DNA of 64,000 nt from Takakia lepidozioides (GCA_030704615.1 CM060734.1:30380001-30444000), one strand, 5' to 3'; counted from the stretch's first letter, positions 36,030 to 57,904 are shown. Program-made: numbers and translations. Notes: a model not told the origin generated them from the letters alone.

Positions 36030-39000
36030 TCCCGAAGAGTTATGGACATGATTCTGGCAGGGGTTGAGTTTGCTCGGTGCTACATAGATGACATCATCAT
36101 CTTCAGTGCTATGGTGGAGGAGCATGAGAGACACCTTCAGGTGGTATTTGAGCGCACGGATTGAAGCTACATCCAAGGAAGTGCAAGTTTTTCCACAACC
36201 AGATTGAATATCTGGGTCATATGATATATCATGGAGGATTGGGGGTACAACAGACTAAGGTAGAGGCCATTGCACAGATTCCACGCCCCACGGACGTGAG
36301 CCGAGTTCGAGTTTTCATGGGGTTGACAAACTATTATAGACGGTTTGTCAAGGGAGGCTCTAACCAAGCTTACCAAGATGGACCAGGAGTGGCAGTGGGA
36401 AGATGAGCAAGAACGAGATTTTCAAGAGTTCAAGGCGAGGTTGACCTCGGCGCCCATCTTGAGACGACCTATCAGGGGGCGTTCTTTTCAGCTCCATACG
36501 GATTGGAGCATGCTGGGACTTGGAGCGGTGCTCACATAGGTGGATGATGAGGGAAGAGAGTTCATAATGGCTTGTGCTAGCCGCTTGAACAACGCTGCAG
36601 AAGCTAAGTATAGCTCACATGAGGGAGAGTGCTTAGCTGCAGTGTGGGCCGTGACACACTTCAGGTGCTATCTGTACGGCAATCTCTTCACCCTTGTCAC
36701 GGATCACCAGCCACTCAAGTGGTTGATGGAGTCAGACAAGCTTACGGGAAAGCTTGCATGGTGGGCATTCATACTCCAGGAGTATGACTTTCAGGTTGTG
36801 CATCGACCGAGTTTGGTCAATGGGGATGCAGATGGATTGAGTCGCAATCCATGCACGAGCTAGCAGGATGACATTGGAGCTCGGTGGCATGGTGAGACGG
36901 ACGAGGAGATGGTGTCGGGGTGGCACACATTTGCATTTTTGTGTATCTTAGCATCGGGAGGTCAGGTTGGACCTACAACGGGGATGACTGTAGACGGAGT
37001 GTCTGAGGACCCTGATGCTAGTGATGAGCCAGGTGGTGCCAGAGATATACATGAGGATTCGGCTGTGTTGGACTACCTTGGGGGGGGGTCACTTCCCGTA
37101 TTTTCAAAACCACGTGAGAACAAATATAGGGTGTAGTTTATTTTTTTGAGGTAAATTAAAAAAAAAAATTACTTTGAAAATATGGTAGCACAATATCCTT
37201 TCACCCAGTTTTTAAAAAAAATATGTCACAAAAAATCCAAAGTTTTACTTAAAAAGTTAATGTAATAAAGGGTTTTATCTACAATAAAATATATCCATCC
37301 TGGTGAAGTTTCTCATATTTCATCCAACTCTCATCCATCAGGATGAAATCTTCTCAAAACTTCATTCATTCATCAGGCTTATTTGATTAATAAGCCTGCT
37401 CTACCCAAATCTGGGGGTTCTTCGATTATGGTGTTTTTGAATTGGTTCTCTAAAGATAAAGGCCACCTGAAGTTCAAATATGATTCCAGTGATACACAGT
37501 GGATTGATGTTGAGACCATAATCTCAACAGTGACTATGACATTTGAACCATCTCAAAACTTGTACTCTTTAGATCCAACTGATGGTGCGGCTTTGAATGA
37601 GTTTGTGGCTAATGAAAATTAAACTTTTCTTTGGGTCCGACATTTGACTTATGTATGGAATGTTGTTTGTGTACATGCTTTGAATTTTGCAATTATTTAA
37701 AAAGACAATTTAAAAAAGGGACTAATTAATTGTTGCAACAAAACATTATAAAGAAAAATAGGGTATTAGGAAACAAAGGGTTTTACAATATTACCTAAAG
37801 ATAGGGTGGAAAAAAATGCAAAATTTTAAAAATATAGCCTAGTATAAATATAAAAATACATATAGTGAACCCCCCGTGTGGACTACCTCCGCACGAGAGA
37901 TACGACAGCCACTGTGACTGCCAGGGAGAGGGATCGGATCCTGCAACAAGCCAAGAGGTTCAAGTGAGAGAGATACACTTGCTTCGAATGTGGGAGGATG
38001 GTCGGCTGAGGATCGTGCCTCACCCAACACAACGTGCACGGTTCGGCATACCCATGATGAGTTGAGGCATTTTGGAGTGCGACGCATTCACAGTCTACTG
38101 CAGGGGCAGTATTGGTGGTGTGGTATGCACACAGAGTACAACAGTTCGTGACTAGGTGCATGGTGTGTGACAGACGCGTGATTCATTCAATGCCCCTACA
38201 CCACAGTTGCATCATTTACCCATCATGGGATTGGGCTACAGGTGGAATCTTGACTTCGCAGGGCCGTTGCCACTGACGCTGGACCACCACAAATATGTGT
38301 TGGTGATGGTGGAGCACTTCTCCAAGTGGATTGAGTTGGTTTCATTGCCCGACAAGGCTAGTAAGGGGGCTGCGTATGCATTCTTGGATCGTGTTCTTAG
38401 CCAATTCGGTGCTCCAGCTCAGGTACACATGGACCAAGGGAGAGAGTTCTTGGGGGAGTTTCAAGCTTTGTTTAATAAAGCCTTGATAGACCACCGTACC
38501 ACTTCTCGGGATCATCCTGAGACCGATGGCTTGACAAAGAGAGTTGTGCAAACGGTGAAGAGGGGTTTGCGCAAATATGGCTTGAAGAAGGGACACCTAA
38601 GAGATTGGGATCTTCATGTATCTTGGTTAGCCATGGGCTACAGGTTCAGTAAGCAAACATCACTTGCCTCGTTTTCACCATATTTCCTTCTCTTTGGCCG
38701 AGAGTCGGATTTGCCAGCAAACATTTGTAGGGACACTGCTCAAGTCCTTAACATTGACGATCCGAACGTGTGGGTACGTGTATGTGATCAGCATGCAAAA
38801 TTTTTCAAGAAAGTCATGCCCATGACTTTTGAGAACCTTGCCATTGCGCAATACCGTAATACGTTGAGGTATGCCACTATACGTGGTGGAGGATATTGTC
38901 CCAGGGTTCGGAGGTTTAGCCCTGGTGACTATGTTTATTTGTAGCAGACTGCTCCTATGACCCTGGATGTCACTGCATGGCGTGTTATTCTGAGGGTTCA

Positions 39001-39286
39001 AGAGGTGTTGCCCTCAAGAACCTTGGAGGGTCGGGATGACATGACTTGGAAGGACCATGTGCGTAATCGTGCGTCATGTCACCTTCCCAATGTCGATGGC
39101 AGAGTTGACCCAAACTTGGCAGTGGTACACGCAGGTTTGAGGTGTATGCTCTGTGGGTCTGCCAAAGGGGCAACCACCATGCGGGTGTGTGATCGATGCT
39201 CAAGAGGTTGGCACATGTGATACTTGATACCACCTCTTGAGAAGGTTCTTGATGGAGATTGGTTATGTCCACACTGCTTGGGATAG
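36030..39286 (+). pseudogene. pol: 3' pol of copy a: RT C-terminus, RNase H, HHCC-DDE integrase, PHD finger
   Basis: CYIDDIII; HTDWSMLGLGAVL; HDELRHFG..CMVC; WNLDFAGP, HMDQGREF, DHPETDGLTKR; PHD at 39143-39277. Interrupted by a hAT-like MITE. Confidence 0.93.
37077..37878 (+). mobile_element. Non-autonomous hAT-like element, 802 bp
   Basis: 8-bp TSD TGGACTAC (37069-37076, 37879-37886); imperfect TIRs CTTGGGGG..GTCACT / AGTGAACCCCCCGTG; removal restores V-L-D-Y-L-R. Confidence 0.85.
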
Positions 39287-39542
39287 TGGTAGTGGATATG
39301 ACTAGTGCAGCTAACAAGACATGAGAGGCCAAGCTCATATAAATCAATACACGAGATCCCAGGCTCAAGTTCACAGGTTGCAAGACAACGACTAACGATG
39401 GGGCAACTCTTATACCCGGCCTCTTGATCTATCGAGTTTAAGCGTAGTAGGGACAGTGGTGGAGGACTTAGTGAGGCTACGACCACTATCATATCTTGTG
39501 GTTACGACTTAGAGGGACCTAAGCGCCAGCTAGGGGGGCGAT

Positions 39543-40221
39543 TGTGATGGACTAGTGGCTGCACTAGTGGTGGCTAGTGACAGTCTAGTGGTGGATTAGT
39601 GGCTGCACTAGTGGCGGACTAGTGATATAGACAAGTGTTTGATGTGCACATGTGTTGTGTGGTTTTAGACAGCGATGTAGTTGTGTAGCGATATATATGC
39701 GCACGACAGCTGTCAAGTTATTTTACCACTAGTGTGAAACTAGCTAGGAAATAATTAGTTTTGATATATTGACATTTGGGATTGATCCAAGTGTGAAATC
39801 CAGGGGCCAATGTATGTTTGGGCACCTGACGTGGTTATATCTTCATGGCAGATCGAGGTGGGCTCATCTTTCTCTAGTTGAGCCTCACCGCGTTTAGCTA
39901 TGGCGCCGTAGTGTGGATTCCCCATGGCATGGGGTGCACTTGGCTCGACTTGTATTCGAGTGATGATTTATACATGCATAAGTTTGTGTGAGACATGTGA
40001 GCTTGTATCGTTCTTGTTTATCATTGTGATGGACTAGTGGCTGCACTAGTGATGGTTAGTGGCAGCCTAGTGGTGGACTAGTAGCTGCACTAGTGGTTGC
40101 ACTATGACAGCCTAGTGGTGCACTAGTGACGGACTAGTGATAGACTAGTGTTTGGTGTGCACATGTGTTGTGTGGTTTTGGACAACGATGTAGTTGTGTA
40201 GCGATATGTATGCGCACGACA
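39543..40221 (+). repeat. B1-A2-B2 terminal repeat block of copy a
   Basis: B1 39543-39708, GC, A2 39711-40023, T, B2 40025-40221; palindrome GACAGCTGTC at 39705-39714. Confidence 0.9.
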
Positions 40222-43200
40222 CGTATTGATCATCCGAAGTCAGATGGATAGACATAACGTTTGATAGAATTTTCATACAATAATTCTACCAATGCGTCAA
40301 TAAAATATATTCATTTTTTTAAAAAAATGTTGTCAAATGAAGAGTTATCATATGTAGCTGCGACAAACGCATTGTGGAACAAATTTGATAGGGAGTACTT
40401 CAAGCTAAAGAGAAGGTGATGACTGCCTAAAATCACCAAAAGCAGTATGAAGATGAACATTGACAGGATGAAGAGTCAAGTGTGATTCTACAACCAACAT
40501 ACTCATCCTAGGATAGTAAAAACTAGGGACACAGTTCATTGACATTTTTTTGATTATTAAACGTAATGAAGCAGTAGCATTTAATCTGGAGTTGCTACCA
40601 TATATGAAGATCCACTCGATGTTGCATGTTTCTCTACTACGACGTAACCTCGACCATCACACATTCAAAGATAATCAAGAACCACAACCTTTACCAAAGT
40701 TAATAGATGGAAACGAAGAGGGGGAGGTCGAAGGTGTTGGAATATTTGTCTGGTAATTGCTGGAACCAGAGTTTTAAAAATTTTGATTTTTCAAAAGTAT
40801 TTGGCCCGAAGATTTAAGTTTAAGTGGAGGCAAGACAAAAGAACTAGAATTTCCGATTTCGCAAAGATAAAAAAACTGGTGAAGACTGATCTGTTATAGA
40901 AAATGCATGAAACGAGCTTCATACTTCATACCCTAAATGAGATACTTCAAAAACTTATGGGAAATTTTTTATACAAAAAATAAGAACAAAAATAAGTGTC
41001 AATTTATTTAGAATATATATTTATATGAAGTTGAAGTAATTTTTTTTTTAAACGAAAGAAAAGGGGAAGTAGCCCTTGAGATTTTTAGTAAGGTTATTGA
41101 AGGGAAAAAAATTATAACCCTTTTGTGCCCGAAGGCTGCCATAAAGCTTGAAACTCACGAAAGTTCGGGTGATCCGGGGACTATGATGAATGAAAAAATA
41201 ACGAATGGAAAATGCACATTCTAGAGACCTGGCCTCTCCTGGAGAACCACCAAGGCAGCGAGAGAATCCCAGGGTGGATCTAAACAGCGAGCTGTATTTC
41301 GGAATTTAAATTATTTTATTATTAACTACAGAAACAATCATCTATTCATATAATAAAAGTGAGTAAGGTCTTCTTTGACAATGGTGGCATCCAACCCTTC
41401 AAAGTTTGGCATGCTACTGGCATGGAGTGCAGCATACACTTCCGTTTTGGGGAGGTTACCTTTGTGTAAGCGTCACGGCCTTGTGTGGTTATCTTTTCCA
41501 TGCCTCTTTAAACCTCAACTAGGTTTTTGAGGTTAAGAAAAAAATACAACAAAAGAAAAAGAAAAAGAAATACAACTTCTTATCAATAAACCTGGGGTCG
41601 GTGGCTGATCCTAGGTAGCTATCCTATGATTAAGATGTAACCCTCATGGCTGTAGATCGTTGTTATTTTTTCCATTACTCAAGAAAATGGGTACAAGCTA
41701 CAATAACTCTAGACTTCTAGTTAGAAATAGGCCCTATTTCATACCCTAAATAGACTCCAATTTGGAAATAAGCCTTATTTATAACAACTTTCTATTTTAC
41801 TACGGTCCATTTTTTCCTCCTCACCAATTCGGTACCACTTCTGCACTTTTGAGTTGGGCGGCTGTTTATATTGAAAGTTTTTATTTTTTTCAAGTTAAAC
41901 AAGCCTAAAAAGCCGATGGGCTCTCTTGCTTTGGCAAAACATAAGAGGAAGGTGAGAGCAAGTGGCATGACTCAGCACTACGACCAATCACCAATCGGAG
42001 CCATGACACAGTGTAAGGTCCTTTGACCACATTTTCTCCATTGACTTGAACATGTTGCAAAGTCTCTCTCTACAAGAGAGCCAACAAAGGGACAATCCTG
42101 GATGTTCATATGAGGCAATGGTCATCTCTCTTATGAATTGTTATTTTGCATCATTCGGTTGGCGATATGTTAGAATCAAATGCGATTGAGGCTGACATAT
42201 TTGGTCTGTACACCAACCATTATCTTGGCCATCCCAAACTCCTTTTATCTTCGATTTGTTTTTCAAACTTAAAAAAGAAAAAACGGGTGACAGAGCCTAG
42301 CCCCTGGAAGCTTTATAATAGAACATTTTTTGAGCCCTGCCGCCCTGAGAGACAAAATGTCTTTTACATTTTATTTTTATTTTTATTTTCCCCAGATATT
42401 ATCCACTTAGGGTGTGGAGTCGGGGACGTGGGTAGTGCGGGCCCACACGGTGGCAGAAGGATGGTTATGCGGCCCGAGTTCGGTTAGCGTAACTGCCCAA
42501 TTTGTTAGTTACCCAAACCGAGGTTACGTTACGAAATGGTTAGCCTAATTAAACTATGATTATTATTACTCGAAATAATTTGATTTTAAGAATCTGTGAG
42601 CGGGCCGGCACAGGATGAATGTGAAATGGTCGCAGGGCAGGATGCTTCCAGATAAGCAGAGAAACAGGCTTCTGTTCCGTTTTCATCCATTTGCGGACGG
42701 ATGAAGGCATCAGCACCGTCGCCGACGGCATGAGGGAAGCAAGGGTTTTGCATGCTGGACTACTGCCGAGATTGCGTGCGAGATCGATCGATCGATCGCG
42801 CAGCTTGAGCTCGCAAATCGCAGCCTGCATGTGATCAGCTTTGTCTCGTAGATCGAGGGAGGGAGGGAGCAGCCGTGCCGTTGCCGTGATTAAGCAAATC
42901 TGACAGTCTAGGGTTTTATGTGTTGTGGGGTTAGACATGCATGCAAGTTTGGGGAGGGTAAGGCCGCTAGAATGTCTTGCATGACGGCGCTGTAGGCATT
43001 GAGCGAGGCTTTCAAGGGGAGTGAAAATTCGACAGCCTGAGGGCTGGGTGGACGCGATCTCTAGGTTGTCAGCTCGATGACATGACATGAGGATGGCAGG
43101 CAGGATGGTGATGATGTTGATGGATGGGTTGGATGAATGGGATTTTTGCATGCAGGCCCTGGATAAGGGGTACTTGCAATAGCGAATCTAGCAAGACATT

Positions 43201-43869
43201 CTCTGATCGTTGAGTGAAATAAGAAGTTTTTCCTTAATCGCAAGCTGGATGTTCCTGCACTTGAAGTCTCGTTGAGGGTTTGGTTGCCATCCAGACGTTT
43301 TTAAGAACAATCCCCGAGAAGCCGAAGAATTTGCCTCTCGGGTCGGCGAGACTGGTCTTCAGATATATGGATGCTTAATGGCATGCTGGATATCTGCCAG
43401 AACATTTGGTTCCCGAATGTGTTCATCAATATGTGAAGATGGTGATTTTGGTGATGTTTTCAGTCAACATGGACGGGTGTAGATTTATGGAAACAATCAT
43501 AAGCTGCTAGCATGGCTGCTGCGGCCTCCATGTTGACACCAATTGTCGATTCCATCGGGATGCCAGGTATGTTTGCTGCACATGTCTTTCATCCTCTTCC
43601 GTGTCTATCGGGCTTGTCCTCGGAATTTACTGGCAAATAGTCGAAAATTGGAAGGAATTTGGAGGTGGAAGGACCTGAAGGACTACTACTAGGCACGATG
43701 GGTTCTAGGCTTCCCTTGGCAACTATCAGAAAAGTTTTGATGCAAGTTTTCATAGGCACTTGGTGAAGTGATCTGTGTGCAGTGGTCAGCCGTAATGCCG
43801 GTCAACCCTGTCTAGTGATTATACTGATAACATCGCACATCGTGTCTGTAGTGTGTCTTGAGCTGTGTT

Positions 43870-52883
<9,014 letters not shown>

Positions 52884-54545
52884 GTAGGTTTTCCCATTGT
52901 TCTTCATACTGCATTTAGGATCTGAAATTCGAGGAAGATAGTCCAAGTTTGATTCTTTTGTAGGAGCAATAAACTGGGTCAATACGGCCTGGACCCTGGT
53001 GCCAGCCATAAGTTTTACAGGATTTTTTTCGGAATTCTTGAACTAACGAGCTGACAAAAGAATGAGGTCATGTTCTTCACAACAATGGGTTGGCACTTTG
53101 CACTTTGGCTGCCAAGCCCTTTGTGCCTATTAGCTGCTGAATGGGACATTGGATTATGATGTAGGGTTTGCAATTCATAAGAGTCTAGCCAAAGTGTGCA
53201 GCTTAGGAAAAAAGACAAGGTAAATGTGACTGTTTAAAACACATTCACTTCATCACTTCATGCTCACCAATTTTTCATGCCTTCCATTTTGTAGAGAAGG
53301 GTGTAAGTTTCCATTCTGCCACACATTGTAATTGTGCAGAGTGAGGTAACAAAGCTACAATTGGAAGCAGCTTATTTTTCTTATGTACTCTGCACCAATT
53401 TGGACAGTAGAGGCTGCCTAGGAGGAATACAATTACACACCAGCTTATTTCACAGAATTGATGGTGCATGCAGACTTTGAATGTGCTTTCCTCTTGTATT
53501 AGGAAAGATGGAGCGCAGGACAAGACTCTTCACCATCTACCACCAAAATCCAGGGGGCCTGTATTGGCTTCAAGTCTGTTTGCACTGAAGGGATGTTACA
53601 AACTCCTAACTACTAACACATTCAAGCAACATAAATGAATGACTGCAAGCCAGTGCCTGATTTATGGACGAGTGAGGCTCTTGGATACAATCTTATCTTT
53701 CATACACGGACTTGGGACGCGCTAAAGCCATGACAGATTCTCTAGAAAGCTAGTCAGGAAGAGTTGCAACATCCTTGAAATACCTTGGACAGTCTACAGA
53801 TCGTTCTTTTGTGTCCTGCACATCAGCATGTCTGTTGATTTCGAAAGCCACCATGAGCAGGCTTGTGATCACCGGATCACTATTGTGCTTGGAGAAGTTT
53901 GCAACTTAGTTCAAAGTGGTTCAAGTGTTTTGGATTTCAATCCAGGGATGCAGTGAGAGAAACAGATCTCGTGAAGGGAAGCAGCAAAAAGGTCACTGTA
54001 GTTTTTGCCCCTCCAACTGGCAAGGTCGCCAAGCCTAAGAGCCCTTTAATGAAGACTGTTAGGCAGTTTTGCCAACTGGGAGTAAGCTTCAAACTTGCAA
54101 TCACCTTGTGAGGCCGAAGTGCACTGACGGCTGCAGAGGGCTACGGTATTCCTGAATTATCCTAGAATGTGTACAGCAGACTTAGAATCTAGAGAGTCAG
54201 AGGAGAGGAATGTCTTGCAAGGAGTGAACTTGCCTGCAGTGAATGGCACTTTTACCTAGTCCCTAGATTGTTTACTCTCAAAGTCCTATCCCCGGAGCAC
54301 GTTAGAGTAGTTTCAGCCTAGTTTCAGCTGGTTCAGATCAGAGTTAATTTTGACGATAATTTTGGTACATGACAGAAAAATTGTAGTACCCTCTAGCAAC
54401 AGAAAACAGCGGAACATTCTGAAGTCAAGCTCAGCCACGCTGGAGAATGTTGTTTGAACGTCAGTGTTGGTAGAGAGCTCGTCAACCCTAGCATCAGTGT
54501 CCAATGGGGGTCTTGGGGGATTATGCAACTCCTACCATACCGGTA

Positions 54546-55667
54546 CTAGGGAATTCCAAAAAGGCCTTGATGTGAAATGCATAGCAATTCACTTGATAAC
54601 CCCCCTAAAAGTGCGCAATTCAATTGAATTGCAAGGGCAATTCAATTGAACTAACCCTAATTTGCAATTCAATTGAATTGCTGACTACAATTCAATTGAA
54701 TTGTAATCTATAATTTTTTAACTTATTTTTGTATATAATATATAATATATATGTACATGTATATATTCAAATTATATTTATACACATATAAGAGTATAAG
54801 CTAAAAATACATGTTGCCCGTCTATTCTTGCTGGCCCTCTTTCTTGTGCCCTTGAGGAAATTGTGGAGTTGTGAAGCCACCCTCAGCCTCAGCGAAAGGG
54901 AGAGCTAGAGACGGAGACAAATCGGCAGCTTCCTGTGATTCACTGGCAAAAGAAACATGGCTGGCTCCGGGAAAAACAGACAAAATCAAACCTGACAATT
55001 GATGAAAGGCTTCCCCTGCATCACCGTGTAGTCCCCTAACACTAGTATCTGGCCCAGGACAAAGGAAACAAAAAATATGTTATCTTGAGAATTATCAAAA
55101 ATTTCGATATCCTTACAAAGGTATCATGTTGAAGTTAGGATGTGTGTTCTATATAAGTTTAATATATCAAACTCTTACACGTTGATACTCTTACATTGGT
55201 ATCATGTTTGGTATATGTACATAGCCATATATTGGCACCAACATCCACAAAGAGAGACAATCCCGCTTTTACAAGCGCTTCGTGACTTCCCCTCTCTCTC
55301 TCTCCCTCTCTCTCTCTCCCTCTCTCCCTCTCCTTTAGGCTTATCTTGGGCTCAAGCCTTACCACGGGCAAAGGATTGGCAGATGGACAGCAAGAATAGA
55401 CGGGCAACATGTATTTATAGCTTATACCTATGTATGATGTATAATTTAAATATATATATATATATATATATATTATATACAGAAATAAGTTAAAAATTAT
55501 AGATTACAATTCAATTGAATTGCCAATTCGGAATTCAATTGAATCGTGTGTGCCGACAATTCAATTGAATTGCAAATTAGGGTTAGTTCAATTGAATTGC
55601 GCACTTTTAGGGGTGATCAAGTGAATTGCTATGCATTTCACATCAAGGCCTTTTTGGAATTCCCTAG
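54546..55667. mobile_element. Foldback/MITE-like DNA element with ~290-bp terminal inverted repeats
   Basis: CTAGGGAATTCCAAAAAGGCCTTGATGTG... and its reverse complement ending 55667; arms contain repeated AATTCAATTGAATT palindromes; TSD TA or CTAG (ambiguous). Confidence 0.9.
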
Positions 55668-57904
55668 GCTGCTTCAACTTGAGTTCCATGATGTAGAGGC
55701 AGGCCCAGTGTGTTTGGGCTTTGAAAGTATTGTGGGATTTTCGAGTGCTTAAAGTACACTAGGTACTAACAGCTTCAGTTAGTGGGAGAACCGAATCGCG
55801 CTAAGTTAGCTGTGAGTTGGGCCCTCTGGAAATTGCATTCATGACAGGGATTAATGACATTGGATGAGTGAATTGATGAGGAGCCGGGTTTTGGCGGCTG
55901 TTGTCAGCCTGGCCATCCACGTAACACTTGGAGCATTCATAACAGTCAGTGACAGTCAACAGAAGCGTGTATGTTATTAACGAGTAGGTGTTGCGTGTCT
56001 GGAATTTAGCCAACGTTGATGTTAAGTGTATCATGAATGCTTGGTGGTGATAAATCTAGAGATTAGGGCACTATGGAACAAGAGTGGCCGTTTCATTTTC
56101 AGGATTGATGGGTTTCAGCGGGGTCGTCATCTCATTAACAGGCAATCACAAGTATTTTGTGGCAGACCTTATGAGGAATTAAAAGTATGGTACGTTGTAA
56201 GTGCAGAAAGCAAAGTGCAGTGAAGGGACGAAGAAATGGCGGCTACAAGGAAGGTATCCCATGCCGCCTTTGCAGTCATTGCACTGTTTTCCATTGCCCA
56301 CCCGGGCCCGCAGACCCCCACGCTTTCGACTTTTCCCTGCAAAGAGATCTGTGGGAGCGATCCTTTAGCCACTCCCACCCATGATGTCACGGTAAGGTAG
56401 ATGACAGACATTGTCTTTTGGCAAATTTAGTGGTGACCCAAAATTATCCGCTAGGGCTTGGTCAGTCCACAATCTCCAGAGAGGCTAGTTATCAACAACG
56501 GAGGGCCGGGCCGTGTTGCAGGTAGATTTTGATTACATCCTTTGGCAGTTGTGAAACGGAAGAATTCTTGAGATCTGAGTCTCCAACAAAGCAGCATTGT
56601 TTTGGGAAGGATTCCATCTAAAGTTGACTAGATGCCGGTACACCTGTGGGGATAGCACGATGATCGCTACCATATTTTTAGGAGAGTCTTATTTTGGGAA
56701 CTTTATTTTTGGGAAGGTCAATCACACACATGTAAAGCAACCAACATCGGGGCGAAACATTCTGTGCAACAGTTTGTTGACAGTCTACAGCATCCGAAAG
56801 AGATCGAGGGTATGGTATGGTCCAGTGAAGGCCTGTTTGGTACGAGCCAAACAGCGGACAAGGAAGGGAAGGGACCAGCCGAAAACCACACAAAACGACA
56901 GCAACTGTGCTACCTTACAACAACAAAGAGAAATGTGACATTGAAAAAAATGTGTGAAGTCTGAAGGTGGGCGGGCCGCACTTGTCCTTAACTTGTCAGT
57001 CCACCATCGCCAGGGTGCAAGGGAGGGCATCCCAGCGACGAGGATCCCAGTACTTAAGAAAAAGCCGTTGCTACACTTTTCACAGAGGGGATCGCTGTAT
57101 GTACATAACTGAGATTTAGGAGGGTCAGGTGGAAGGAGGAGGGACCAGGGCAGGTGTTGTTGCAAGGAGAAATGATTGCAGAGCAGGACGGGTGATGTGG
57201 GCAATAAAGAGGAGAGGAGACCAGCTCCTCAGTGGTCCAGGTCCCCATTACTAACGGTATGCCACGTTGGATGTTGTGGGCCTGGCTGCGCTGCTACTTG
57301 TTTCCCGCGCTATGCAGCTCTTCCCTCTCACTCTATTTTAAGGACGAAAATGGAATGACCATGTTCTCAAGACTAGGGTGCCTCGCCTCTCTCTCGGGTT
57401 GAGAGACTGAGATGAAGAAAAGAAGAGTTGGATGATGCAAAAGATGATTTGGGTAGCGAGATCGGGAATGGGGTTAGGGAGGATGAATTCGGGTTTTGGG
57501 TTGGGAGGTAGACGGCATTGAGGAGTACGAGGTGGTGAAAGAGGGCGGTTTTGTAGACAGGCGGGAATTGTAGGACGAACTTAAGAGTTGAAGAGGGAGT
57601 CACTGAGAAAGAGGACCGTTGAGAGGTTGGGCCTGCGTGTTTCGGCACGCATTGAGTAGGAATTGGATGAGCAGGGATGTTTCTGAGTGTGGTCCATAGA
57701 GAGAGAGAGAGTGAGAGGACGATATTCTCACGTGACATTGGTGACTAGCAAGATTCATTCATGCGACCCGATGGCCGTGCAGCACCTGCTTTGAAGAACT
57801 GTGTTTTCTCACTGAAGCGGTGGAACTAACCATTTGCACATATGACATAATCGTTGGATCCATTGCTTGATTTTCTTTGGAGTAGAACGAGGGAGGAAAG
57901 ACAG

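Larger units (their letters stand above)
13123..40221 (+). mobile_element. Split-repeat DNMT/PHD gypsy family, copy a (A1 13123-13432; B1 39543-39708; A2 39711-40023; B2 40025-40221); gag-PR-DNMT part missing
   Basis: Termini TGTCAAG...GCACGACA; 4-bp TSD CGTA (13119-13122, 40222-40225); splits the host integrase motif STTY|HP. A2 resembles A at 13123 more than A at 15596. Confidence 0.85.
2200..40756 (+). mobile_element. Old degenerate Ty3/gypsy (chromovirus-type) retrotransposon; outermost container of the nested island
   Basis: Collinear pol remnants with many stops: protease end YDAKLGMPWTESHNPNADW (~2285-2340); LKEFKYVFSNDLSSRFPPKKNVDYKI|EVVP split by the element at 2679-9695; [40 protein letters not shown] (10080-10560); RNase H and integrase (11870-13122); integrase resumes HPKSDG at ~40230; IHSMLHVSLL..IDGNEEGEVE (40550-40756). 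Its LTRs were not confidently found, so the outer boundaries are approximate. Confidence 0.8.

Noticed and set aside
13123-40221. CpG/CHG transition mutations as proof of self-methylation
   Set aside because: Host methylation produces the same pattern, and the DNMT-less neighbours are equally decayed.
42549-43151. 200-aa minus-strand ORF upstream of the JmjC gene
   Set aside because: No motif; probably antisense to the 5' UTR or promoter.
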